Shown one piece after another: positions 14,201-26,340 of a DNA stretch of 64,000 nucleotides. A program made the position numbers and the translations under genes. How positions within the stretch are numbered: the first letter of the stretch is position 1; every line of letters starts with the position of its first letter. The notes under the pieces are model-generated. The model ran no database searches. It saw only the letters and a program-made list of their open reading frames with translations, and was not told where the DNA came from. This DNA comes from Anaeramoeba ignava BMAN. Taxonomy: Eukaryota; Protista; Anaeramoebae. The stretch is taken from contig JAPDFW010000055.1 of NCBI GenBank assembly GCA_028826165.1, positions 434,001-498,000 on the forward strand, written 5' to 3'.

Positions 14201-17200
14201 TTTGATACTTTTCTTGTTTATTAGGAATTTCAAATAAAAGAATTATGTTTGATTGAATATTCCAACAAAGAGATTTTGATGATTTTGGATTTGAATTTTC
14301 AATAGATCCCCACATTGTAAGTTGCCAAATTGCATCTGAAATTTCAATAGAACATTTATTTGGAAATTCAATATAAATGAATATTGTTTCTTTTTCTTTT
14401 TCTTTTTCTGTTAATTGATTTGTAATTTTATTTAATTTAGAAATCATTTCAGAAATTGTTCCTTTATTAAGTTGAATAATTTGATATTTATAATTATTTG
14501 TTTTTCCTTTAAAATCAAAACAAAATTTTCTAATTTGAAAACTTTTTCCTTCACCTGTAAAATTTGAATAAAAAACATGAATATTGTGATAAATTGATGA
14601 AAAATTGATAATTTGTTTAAGATTTTTGTTCATTTCATCTCCAAAATCAATACTTAATTCTCCTTCTTGAAGTAAAGAAGATAAAAATGTTTTTTCTTGT
14701 TTTTGATAAAATTCAAATATTATCATTGGTATTTTTGTAACGAAATCAATTGAATTTGTTTCAGAAATTAGAATATTTTGACATTTTTGAGATAATCTAT
14801 CAGCATGAATTATTGAAAATAATAATGAAAACGAACCATTATTTTCTTGTATTTCATTATAATATTTATAAATTGAGAAAAAATTAATTATATCTTCAGG
14901 GTTTGTATTTGAATTACAAATCAAAATTTGTTCTCTTAATGGAAAAGATTTTGAATATAAATAATAAATCATTGTAACATAATTCAATATTTTTGATTTT
15001 TCTGTAATTTTCATAATAAATATTTTTGGATTTTGAATTGATCCATCTCTTTTTTCATTGATTTGTTTTTTCAATTTAAATTGAATTCTTTGAAGATTTA
15101 TGTTTTTTTCTATAATTGATAATTTTATTTCGGAAATGGAATCTTGAATATATTTGAAAGAAAAACCTTTTTCAATTTTTTGGAAAAAAGATTTTGAAAA
15201 ATCAATTAAATTAATTTTTTCAACTTCTGGATTTATATATTCCAAAAAATTTATTTTGTTAGTTCTTTTTTCTCCATTAATTAATCTAATAATTGATTTA
15301 AAAAATTCAATTTCATTTTGATTTTGATTTTGATTTATATTTTGATTTTGAATTTGATTTTGAATTTCATTTTGATTTTGATTTTGATTTTGATTTTGAT
15401 AAATTAAAAGAAGTTGTTGATTGGTTAAAATTCCTTTTAAAGGTATTTCTTTTAATTTTTCTTCATCTTCTTTCCATTTTTTAAGATTTTCTTCAATTTC
15501 GTTATTAAATTCATTTAATTTTTCGGAATAATCATGTTTTTTTGAGTTTTTTGAATTTTGTTTGATTTTAAAAGGTTTATCAATTTCTTGAATTTTTTGA
15601 TAATATTTAATTGGAATAAATCTTTTCAAATTTTGATAAATTTTATCAATAATTTTAAATAATTGCTCATATTGTGGAACGAAAGTGAACTTTTTTGATT
15701 GATTTTTTGATTGATTTTCTTGATTATCTCCAAATGCAATTTTTGGTTTTTTATCTAATGCAACACTTAGCATATTGATAAAATCTTCAATATTTTTTTC
15801 ATTTGATTTTTCTGTTTGAATAATACATTTAAATAATGGTTCTTTCAAATAAAAAATCAATTCACATCCTTTCTCAAAAATATTGAAAATATTTTGAAGT
15901 AAATTTGTAGATGAATATATAAATTGTTTGTATTTAATATAAAACAATGGGAAATATTTAATCAATAATTTTACATCAATTTCTTCTTTTGTTTTTTCTT
16001 GAAATTTTATTTTCTTAATTTCATTTTGTAAAGAAGGAAGATCATTAAATTTGTTTGATAAAAGTATTGCTTTAAAAATATTTTTAAGACTAATTAAAGA
16101 TTTTTTAAATTCTTTGTATATAATAAAATCAATTAATTTTAATTTTTTCATTTCATTTTGAATTTCATTTTCATTTTTTGATTTTAACCAAATTAAGATT
16201 TTTTCACTAATTGATATTTGTTGAGAATTATTATTTGATGGAAATAATTCAATGATGAATTCAAGAATTTTATAATCAATATTAATTTTTCGATTCATTT
16301 CTTTTTCAAAATCATTTATTTGTTTAATTTTCTTTTCTTTCCAAATATTTTGTAATTGTTCGATTTCTTTGGTTTGATTTGGATTATTTTCATTTCTTTC
16401 CAAAAAAATATTAAGGAAATTGGTAATTGAATTTATATTATTAATTATTTTTCTAATTTGGAAAAATTTTAAGATTTTTTTTTTTGATTTCTTGAATTTT
16501 TTCAATTTTTGGGAAATTATTTTTTGTTAATAATTCAGAAACGAATTGTTCTTTGTTTAATGGGAATTTTTCATTTAATTCTTCCAATTTTGTTTCCATA
16601 TTAATACTATTTTTCCATTTTTCCCAATTTGATTTTACTTTTTTACAAATTTTTAGAATTGATAATTTTTTGATTTCTTGATTTTGATTTTGAAGAAATT
16701 CTTGAAATTGTTCTCTAAAAAATAAATTTTGATGAAATAAATAAATTGAATTGATTTTTCTGTTTTCAATATTTTGGAAAAAATTTGAAAATTCATTTAA
16801 GGTTATTTCTCCTGATTTGATTTTTTTCCAATCTTTAAATTCTTTAATTATTTTTTCATCTCCAAAATTATCAAAAAATTCCTTCATTTTAGAAAGTTTA
16901 TGATTTAAACTATTCAATTCCTTTTTGTTTTTTTCAATTTCATTTTGTTTTTGTTCTTTTGTTTCTTCAATTTCATTAAATAAATTGAATATTTTATTAA
17001 ATTTATTTTCATTAATAAGATAAAAATTAAAATCAGATATTGTTGCTTTTTCAGGTGATTTTAATTTTTGGAAATATTGATTTAATTCTTTTTGATAATT
17101 TTTCAGTTCTTCATGAAATTTTTGAGTATCTTTTGAAACATTATTTGATAAATATTTGTTTATAGGTTTACTTTTTTGAAAGTTTAGAAACCAAATTATT

Positions 17201-19397
17201 GATTTTTTCCATAACTCTTGAAGTTTTCCATTTTCTTTAAAAATATCAATCCAAGTAATTTTTTGATTTTGATTTTGATTTTGATCTTTCTTTTTTCTTT
17301 GATTTTTTCTTTGATTTTGATTTTGATTTTGATTTTGATCTTGATAATTCAATTTTTTTCTCCAAATTTCTAATTGAATTGATAAAGGAATATATTTTAT
17401 AAAATCAATTCTCATTAAATTTTGGAAATCATTTATTGAATCATTTTCACATAATTCTTGGATTTGATTTTCAAACTTTTCAATAAATTCTGCTCTTGGT
17501 TGATCTTTTTGAATTGCATTATTATTATAATATTGGAATTCTTCAGATTTGAAAATTGAAATTGAATTTAAAATCCTTTGGAAATAATTGCTTTTTTTTA
17601 AAAGGAAGGTTGATTTAAAATTGAATCATTAATCACATTTGGAATAATAGTCGCAACTTGAATTATTTCATGTCTATTCCATTTATATTCATTTTTTTTA
17701 AAACTAAGGTAACATTCCATCCAAAACTTAAAACATTCTAATAAATTTGGAAATTTTGTAATTTTTAACTTATTTTGGAAATCTGGATTTAAAATAAGAG
17801 AAAGCTTTGATTTTCGAAAGAAATTTGAATGAATAAAATCAAACCAAATTTTGTTTGAGTAACTGAATTTGTTTGAGAAAATTAATTCTAAAACTTGATT
17901 TGTTAATTTGAATTTTGTTTTTGATTGAAGATAAAATGAAATGATATTTTTAATATGAGAATTTTGGATATTTTCTTTTGATGGTGTAAATTCTTGATTA
18001 AAATAAATGTAAAGAGGAAGAAATTCAAGATTTGAATTATCAATACATTTTGAATTATATTTATAAAGGAATTGATTTAAAAATGAAAAAAGATTTTGAT
18101 TTTGAGTATTTTGATGAGAAAAAATAATAATTTCATTTGCTTTTTGAAAATCTTGTTGTGTGCATTCATTAAAAATTTTGGAAACAGAAGATTCACTATA
18201 TCTTAATCCAATAACAAATAACATTCTTGCAAGAATTTCAGGATTTGATTTGAAAATAAGTTGAGTTTTCTCTTTAATTTCAAGTTTTTGTTTTTGGAAT
18301 TGATCAAGAAATTGCAGAAAATATTCAAAATCTGAAATATATTCTTTTTGAATTGTATAATTAATAATAGCATCAATTATTCTTGCTCCTTTTTTTTTCT
18401 CTTTTTCACTTAAATCATAAATAATTTGATTTTGATTTTGATTTTGAATTTGAATTTGAATTTGAATTTGAATTTGTTTGGATTCTTGATTATTGATTGA
18501 ATAAGAAATATTTTTTGAAGAAGAAATAAACTTGAAAAAATAAACATTTTTATAAGTAAAAACATTTTCAGCTTCTTTTTTTTCAGGTTCTAAAATATAA
18601 AGTTTTGGTTTTTGTGTTTCTTTTTGAGCAAATAAAATGAACAAAATTTGAATTTGAATTTGAATTTGATTTTGATTTTGATTTTGATTTTGATTTTGAT
18701 TTTGATTTTGGTTTTCTTTTTCTGAATTAGTTTTTGATTTTGATTTTGATTTTGATTTTGATTTTGATTTTGATTTTGATTTTGAATTTGAATTTGAATT
18801 AGTTTTTGATTTTGATTTTGATTTTGATTTTGATTTTGATTTTGATTTTGAATTAGAATTAGAATTAGAATTAGAATTAGAATTAGAATTTGAATTAGAA
18901 TTAGAATTAGAATCTGAATTAGTTTTTGATTTTGATTTTGATTTTGATTTTGATTTTGATTTTGATTTTGATTTTGAATTAGAATTAGAATTAGAATTAG
19001 AATTAGAATTAGAATTAGAATTTGAATTTGAATTAGAATTAGAATTAGAATTTGAATTTGAATTTGGTTTTGGTTTTGTTTTTGTATTTGAATTTGTTTT
19101 TGAATTAGAATTAGAATTAGAATTAGAATTAGAATTAGAATTAGAATTAGAATTTGAATTAGAATTTGGTTTTGGTTTTGTTTTTGTATTTGAATTTGTT
19201 TTTGGTTTTGGTTTTGAATTTGGTTTTGAATTTGGTTTTGAATTTGGTTTTGGTTTTGTATTTGAATTTGGTTTTGTATTTGATTTTGAATTTGAATTTG
19301 GTTTTGATTTTGAATTTGGTTTTGAATTTGGTTTTGGTTTTGGTTTTGATTTTGATTTTGGTTTTGATTTTGAATTTGGTTTCTTAATTTGATTCAT
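8287..19397 (-). pseudogene. RNF213/mysterin-like dynein-type multi-AAA+ ATPase gene, disrupted and lacking a recognisable RING/E3 module
   Basis: Collinear RNF213-type motifs: GEGKSF, SGETGC(E)KT, LFDELNT, AINPYRKR, VYRVQKLP, VSLRDISR, ALKENC..IPLFIIGKPG/TSKS (intron 11900-11982), LD(K)IALAE...PLKTLH, ISNWILDPSNMNRG, YFGLRDFY, VIFGNSFPKD, LYDLLNQNY, PAILNRFEK. Frameshifts near 17598, 16480, 13725 and 11725; in-frame TAA at 10690-10692 and TAG at 9136-9138. Confidence 0.8.
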
Positions 19398-19525
19398 TTC
19401 TTTTGTCTTTTTTTTTAAACAAAAAAAATTTCTTAATAAAAGTAAAAAAAAAAAATGAAAATTAAAAAACAGGAAAAAAAACTTTTTTCATTTTTTTAAT
19501 TTTTTGCTTTTTTTAAATAATAAAA

Positions 19526-20985
19526 ATGGAAACTTATTTAAATTTAGAAAAACTTTCAAATGATTTAAAAAACTTATTTCAAAATGAAAATCAAGAAGAA
19601 AGTTATTTTGATTTCGAAATAATTTGTGAACAAAATGAAACTTCGTTTAAAACTCATAAATCAATTCTTTCTTCAAGAAGTCAATATTTTAAATCTCTTT
19701 TTAAATCCAAAATGAAAGAATATCAAGAAAATAAATTAATTCTTCAAGATGTTTCAAGTTCAATTCTATCTTCAATTTTGAATTATTTTTATTCAGGAAA
19801 AATTGAAATTAATTTAGAAAATGCAATTCAAATTTTAATTTTTTCTTCAAGATATTTAATTGATGAATTAATTGAATTTTCTTCAAGTTTTATTAAAAAC
19901 AATTTCCAATTTGAAACTGTTGTTGATGTTCTTAAACTATCTGAATCAATGAATTTCAATCAATTATTAGATTTTTCTTATCATTTTATTTCTGAAAATT
20001 TTGAAGAATTTATCAAAACTTCATTTTTTCTTGAACTTGAAGAAAATCATTTAAATTTGATTTTATCAAATGATGAAATTTTAACAAATGAATTTGAAAT
20101 TTTCCAATCAATAATAAAATGGGGAAAACATAAATCAAATATTAATCAAGAAATGAATAAAAAAGAAAAAGAAAAATTACAAAATCAAATTTCAAATATT
20201 ATTGATAAAATCAGATTTATTGATTTTTCAAAAAAAGAACTTAAAGATACTTTGAAAGAAGGTTTAATTCCAAATCAAATTTCACAAAAATTAATTGAAT
20301 TCCAAAAACTTCAAAATGATAAAAAAAATTACAAAAAACTCAATGAATTTATTCAAATTGAACAAGAAAAATCATTAATTTTCAAATCAAGATTTTATTT
20401 TAAATCAACAATTATTCAAGAAAAAGAACATTTCAAGAATTTAAAAGAATGGATAAACGATGATGAATTCTTTTCCAAAATGAAAAAAGGATATTCAGCA
20501 AAAAAAGATGGATTTGATTGTAAAAAATGGCATGATAAATGTGATGATCAAGGAAAAACATTAATTATTATCAAAACAAAAGATAATTTTATTTTTGGAG
20601 GATTTACTGAAGTTGGATTTATAAGCGACACAAGTAAATGGAGTGCTGTTTATTCAGGTGAAGTAAGAGGATTCATTGCAGATCCAAATGCATTTATTTT
20701 TTCATTAAGAAATGATAAAAACGATAGAGAACCAGGGAAATTTCCAATTAAAAAGGAGAAGAAAAAAAAAATGCCATATTTCATTGGTATTCAAAACGAG
20801 GTCCAATTTTTGGAAATGGTTGCGATTTTTGGTTAAAAGAAGATTTACAACCTGGAGAATCAAATTTCGGTCATACTTACAATCTTCCTAATGGAATTTC
20901 ATATGGAACAGATGAAGCAAATAGTTACTTAGCTGGTTCTAGGTGTGAATGGGTTGTTGATGAACTTGAAACATTTTTCATTTAA
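19526..20985 (+). CDS. BTB-BACK-TLDc domain protein (one frameshift in an A-run near 20762-20771)
   Basis: BTB (FDFEI..FKTHKSILSSRSQYFKSLF), BACK (EFEIFQSIIKW..IRF), TLDc (KKDGF..WHDKCD.QGKTLIIIKT..FIFGGFT). The shifted frame continues GPIFGNGCDF...VVDELETFFI* to 20985, matching the C-terminus of the paralogue at 59217. Confidence 0.88.
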
Positions 20986-21101
20986 AAAATATTCAAAAAA
21001 AACAAATTCCAAAAATTCAAATGAAACTTTTTTTTTTGAAGTTCATTGTTTTTTTTTTTTGAGGAATTCAAAACAATAAAAAAAAATTAAAGAGAGAAAT
21101 T

Positions 21102-23074
21102 TCACATCAAATAACATTTCTTCTTTTTTTTGCCTCCAGTTGTGCTTTGAGGAGCATTATTAACTGCTCTTTTCTTTCTAATTTCTCTTACGCATTGAGC
21201 AAAAGATTCTTCAATATTGATCTTTAATAAAAAAATAAAATCAAAATAAAAATCAAAATCAAAATCAAAATCAAAAATATTTTTTTTAATAAGTAAACTT
21301 ACAACACTTTTAGCAGATGTTTCTAAAAAAGAATATCCATATGATTTAGCAAGATCTTGGCCTTCTTTTTTGGATACTTGTTGGTCTGTTTTTGGGAGAT
21401 CGCATTTATTTGCTAATAAAACTATTGGAACATCATCATCATCTTTAGCTCGAATAATTTCATCACGGAATTCTCCAATTTCTTCAAAAGATTTTCTATT
21501 ATCACAAGAATAAACAAGAAGGAATCCGTCACCATTTTGGAAATGATGAGATCTTAAACTAGAATATTCTTCTTGTCCAGCTAAAATATTTCATAAAATT
21601 GAATTTAAATTTAAATAAATAAATTGAATTGAAATAAATAAATTTAAATAAATTGGATTGAATTTAAATAAATAAATTGAATTTAAATAAATAAATTTAA
21701 ATGAATAAATTAAATTTAAATAATTAATTGAATTTAAATAAATAAATTGAATTGAAATAAATAAATTTAATTTAAATAAATAAATTGAATTGAATTTAAA
21801 TAAATTGAATTTAAATAAATAAATTTAATTTAAATAAATAAATTGAATTGAAATAATTAAATTGAATTTAAATAATTAAATTGGATTTAAATAAATAAAT
21901 TGAATTTAAATAAATAAATTGGATTTAAATAAATAAATTGGATTTAAATAAATAAATTGAATTTAAATAAATTAATTTAAATAAATAAATTGAATTGAAA
22001 TAAATTGGATTTAAATAAATAAATTGAATTTAAATAAATTGAATTTAAATAAATAATTTAAATAATTAAATTGAATTTGAAATAAATAAATTGAATTGAA
22101 ATAAATAAATTGAATTTAAATAAATAAATTGGATTTAAATAATTAATTAAATTTAAATAAATAAATTTAAATAATTAATTGAATTTAAATAAATTGGATT
22201 TAAATAAATAAATTGGATTTAAATAAATAAATTTGAATTGAATTTAAATAAATAAATAAATTGAATTGAATTTAAATAAATAAATTGGATTTGAAATAAA
22301 TAAATTGAATTTAAATAAATAAATTGGATTTAAATGAATAAATGAATTGAATTTAAATAAATAAATTGGATTTAAATGAATAAATAAATTGGATTTAAAT
22401 AAATAAATTGAATTTAAATAAATTGAATTTAAAATAAATTGAATTTAAATAAATAAATAAATAAATTGAAATAATTAAATAAATAATTTAAATAATTAAA
22501 TTGAATTTAAATAAATAAATTGGATTTAAATAAATAAATTGAATTGAAATAAATAAATTGGATTGAAATAAATAAATTGAATTGAAATAAATAAATTGAA
22601 TTGAATTGAAATAAATAAATTGAATTGAATTGAAATAAATTGAATTGAATTGAAATAAATTGAATTGAAATAAATAAATTGAATTGAAATAAATAAATTG
22701 AATTTAAATAAATAAATTGAATTGAAATAAATAAATTGAATTGAAATAAATAAATGAATTGAAATAAATTGAATTTAAATAAATAAATTAAAGTTATTTT
22801 TAAATGAATAAAAAAAAAGCAACGAATTTTTGTTTTTTTTGTTTTTTTTTTTGTTGTTTGTTTCTTTTTTGTTTTTTGTTTGGTAAAATTTACCTGTATC
22901 AAGAATATCAAGATAAGCAACTTCATTATCAACGAAAATATGTTTTTTATAACATTCTTCAATTGTAGGATCATAATCTCTAATAAATTGTTGAGAAATA
23001 AATTGAAGTGTAATTGCAGATTTTCCAACACTTCCTGGTCCAGCAATAACTACTTGATATTTATGTTCACTCAT
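21102..23074 (-). CDS. ras: Ras-family small GTPase (Ras subfamily), 3 exons
   Basis: Exons 23074-22894, 21580-21303, 21221-21102. G1 GPGSVGKS, effector YDPTIEE, G3 DTAGQEEY (split by intron 1), G4 NKCD, G5 ETSAK, polybasic tail and CaaX CYLM. Confidence 0.95.
21590..22790. repeat. Degenerate AT-rich minisatellite (units like TTGAATTTAAATAAATAAA) filling Ras intron 1
   Basis: Direct reading; intron 21581-22893 is 1313 nt. Confidence 0.9.
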
Positions 23075-23294
23075 ATTTGATTCGTTATTTTTTGGAATGG
23101 TCTTAATCCAAGGAAAATAATAAAATAATAAAATAAGAAAATAAAAGAAAAGAAAAGAAAAAATGACAAGTTAAAAAAGAATTTTTTTTTGTTTTTCACT
23201 TAATAAATTTTTTCCTTTGTTCTCTAAATTTTCATCAATAAAAAAAAAACAATCTAAAAAAATCCAAAACAATTTCCAACAATTTTCAACATTA

Positions 23295-24110
23295 AAATCT
23301 AAAATATAAATCTAAATCAAAATATAAATCAAAATCAAAATCTAAATCTAAATATAAATCTAAATATAAATATAAATCTAAATCTAAATCTAAATCAAAA
23401 TGAAATCCAAAATTAAAATCTAAATATAAATCTAAATATAAATCTAAATCTAAATCTAAATCTAAATCTAAATCTAAATCTAAATCTAAATCTAAATATA
23501 AATCTAAATATAAATCTAAATTTAAATCTAAATCTAAATATAAATATAAATCTAAATCTAAATCTAAATATAAATCTAAATCTAAATCTAAATCTAAATA
23601 TAAATCTAAATCTAAATCTAAATCTAAATATAAATATAAATCTAAATCTAAATCTAAATATAAATCAAATCCAAAATCAAATCAAAATCAAAATCAAAAT
23701 ATAAATCTAAATATAAATATAAATATAAATATAAATATAAATCTAAATATAAATATAAATATAAATCTAAATCTAAATCTAAATCTAAATCTAAATATAA
23801 ATCAAAATATAAATATAAATCTAAATCTAAATCTAAAAACTAAATATAAATATAAATCTAAATCTAAATCTAAATATAAATATAAATCTAAATCTAAATC
23901 TAAATCTAAATCTAAATATAAATATAAATCTAAATCTAAATCTAAATCTAAATATAAATCTAAATCTAAATCTAAATCTAAATATAAATATAAATATAAA
24001 TATAAATATAAATCTAAATATAAATATAAATATAAATCTAAATATAAATCTAAATATAAATCTAAATATAAATCTAAATATAAATCTAAATCAAAATCAA
24101 AATCAATTCA
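23295..24110. repeat. (AAATCT/AAATAT)n microsatellite in a divergent intergenic region
   Basis: Direct reading. Confidence 0.95.
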
Positions 24111-24194
24111 AATCAAAATAAAAAATTGAAATCCAAAATTAAAATCTAAAAAAATTTTTTGTTAAAAATTCATTTTTCTTCTCTTTTCTTTTAA

Positions 24195-26231
24195 ATGAAT
24201 CAAATTGAAAAAGAAATTGAAAAAGAAATTGAAAAAGAAAATCAAATTTTTACTTTAATTGAAAAACAAAACCTTACAAAAATCCAAGAAATCCTTGAAG
24301 ATCCAGATATTCTAAACATAAAAAACAAAGAAGAATTAACACCACTTCATTTTGCATGTGAAAAAAACGAAGAAAAAACAAAAGAAATATGCGAATTATT
24401 AATTCGACATGGAGCCAACATTGATTCAACCACAACAAACAAAAAAATAACCCCTTTATTCTTAGCAAGTGGATCAGGGAACATCAACACAGTTGATTTA
24501 CTAATCTCAAAAGGGGCTAATATTGATTTAAAAACAAAGGAAGGATTATCTGCACTTCACAATGCAGCAAAAAATGGAAAAACCTTAATTTGCCATTATT
24601 TTTTAACTTTGGATCACAAAAATCAAAATTTTAACATCAACCAATTGGATTCTAATCTCCATTCCCCCCTTCATTGGGCTTGCTATTTTAACCATGTTGA
24701 TACTGCTATTTATTTGATTTCAAATCATGCTAATTTAAATATTCAAGATAAATTAGGATCAACCCCTCTTCACTGGGCTTGCCAAAAAAATTCCTTTGAA
24801 ATTGTCAAGGAGCTCGTTCTTCGTGGAGCTGTTATTAATATCAAAAACAACCAAAATCTCACGCCTGTTCAAATTGCTCAAAATTCAGGATTTCTTGATA
24901 TTGTCAATTTCCTCAATTATGTCCAAAAGAATTTTTTATATCGCAATTTTTTCGGCAAAACAAACAACCAATCTTTAATTAACCAGCAAGAAAGAAATCC
25001 CCAGAATTTCTACTACGACGGAATGCTTTATTCATTTGTTGATTTCCGTTTGTTTGTTCGGATTACTTGGACTATTTTTTATATTCTTCCATTTTTACTG
25101 TTTTTGATTTTGATCCACTTTTCATCATCAATTTCTTCTTTTATTGGGGTTGTTTTTTTAAACTTGGTTGTTTTAGTTCCTTTTTTTTACTTCCTCAAAT
25201 GGCCTTTGATTCTCTTTTATTATGCAAAAAATCCTTTGAAGGCTTCTATATTATCTTCATATTTATTTGAAATAATATCAACCACTTTATTCCAAAATAT
25301 CCCACAAATTTATTCCCAACAATATTTTTTGGTTGTTATTTTCTTCTTCTTTTTTATATTCACTTCTATTGCTTATTTCAAATTGAGAACTGCAAATCCA
25401 GGTTATATCCCAACAAACCAAATAAGTTCTCGAAATTTAGTCGAAAAAATCAATAATCATTATTTGACTCAAGATAATTTTTGTCATTCTTGCCATGTAT
25501 AGCATTTCCAAATATGATTTTTTTATATCTTCTAATCCAATCCAAAACTCATTTGTATTCTTCTTTTTATTTTTTCACAAGTCACAAATTTCTTTAAGAA
25601 CAAAGCATAATCCAGTTCAAGGAAGATGTATTGCTAAATATTTCAAATGGTGTCCTTGGCTTTATTGCGATATTGGATGGAAAAATGAAAGAATTTACTT
25701 TGTTTTTATAGTTTCATCAGCAATTACACACTTTTTAATTTTGATTACTTTTTGGAAATGTAGAATTAATTATTAATTTTTAATTTAATTTAATTTAAAT
25801 TAATTTTTAATTTTTAATTTTTAGTTATTATGATAAATCCAAATTTCCCCAATTCTCTATTTCCAATAACTCAATTCATCTCCGAAATTTACAAAAATGA
25901 TCCTAAATTCTTCATCATTTTTATATTTTTACTTATTGGACTTTTTTTGCAAGTGAGAATTTTTTTTCATTCAATTGGATTTATTGGACAAAATTTAACA
26001 CTAAATGAAGTTACAAGTGTTTGGGATTATCCTTATATGTTTAATTCAAATCATCAAATAAGAAATCCATTTGATCTTGGATATGAATTGAATTGGAAAC
26101 AATTTTTTGGAATATCAAATCAAATCAATTGGTTTGATGTTTTTAGATTAGAAGATGTTTCTACTGATTGTATAAGCCGGATTTGTTATCGAGAATTATA
26201 TTCAGAAGAAAGAATAAATCAAATCATTTAA
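24195..26231 (+). CDS. Ankyrin-repeat DHHC-family S-acyltransferase (Akr1/ZDHHC13/17 type) with atypical catalytic motif
   Basis: Exons 24195-25496, 25582-25759, 25825-26231. About 6 ankyrin repeats (TPLHFAC, TPLFLAS, SALHNAA, SPLHWAC, TPLHWAC), TM helices, NPGYIP, FCHSC..RTKH..RCIAKYFKWCPW..DIGWKN, LTLNE (TTxE-like), NPFDLG..NW..FFG. Confidence 0.9.
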
Positions 26232-26340
26232 ATTGAATTCCAAAAACAAAAACAAAGAATATTTTTTCTTTTTCTTCTAAATTGTTTATTTTTGAATTTG
26301 GAATTCTAAAAAAAAAATTTATTATTATTTTTTATTTATT

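Noticed and set aside
11720-20771. Programmed ribosomal frameshifting at A/T runs in the RNF213-like and BTB-TLDc genes
   Set aside because: The shifts fall in homopolymer or A-rich runs typical of sequencing indels or neutral decay, no stimulatory structure is evident, and the BTB-TLDc paralogue at 59217 is uninterrupted.
23295-24110. (AAATCT)n tract as a possible interstitial telomere
   Set aside because: Mixed AAATCT/AAATAT units without G-runs on either strand; same class as the other hexamer microsatellites.
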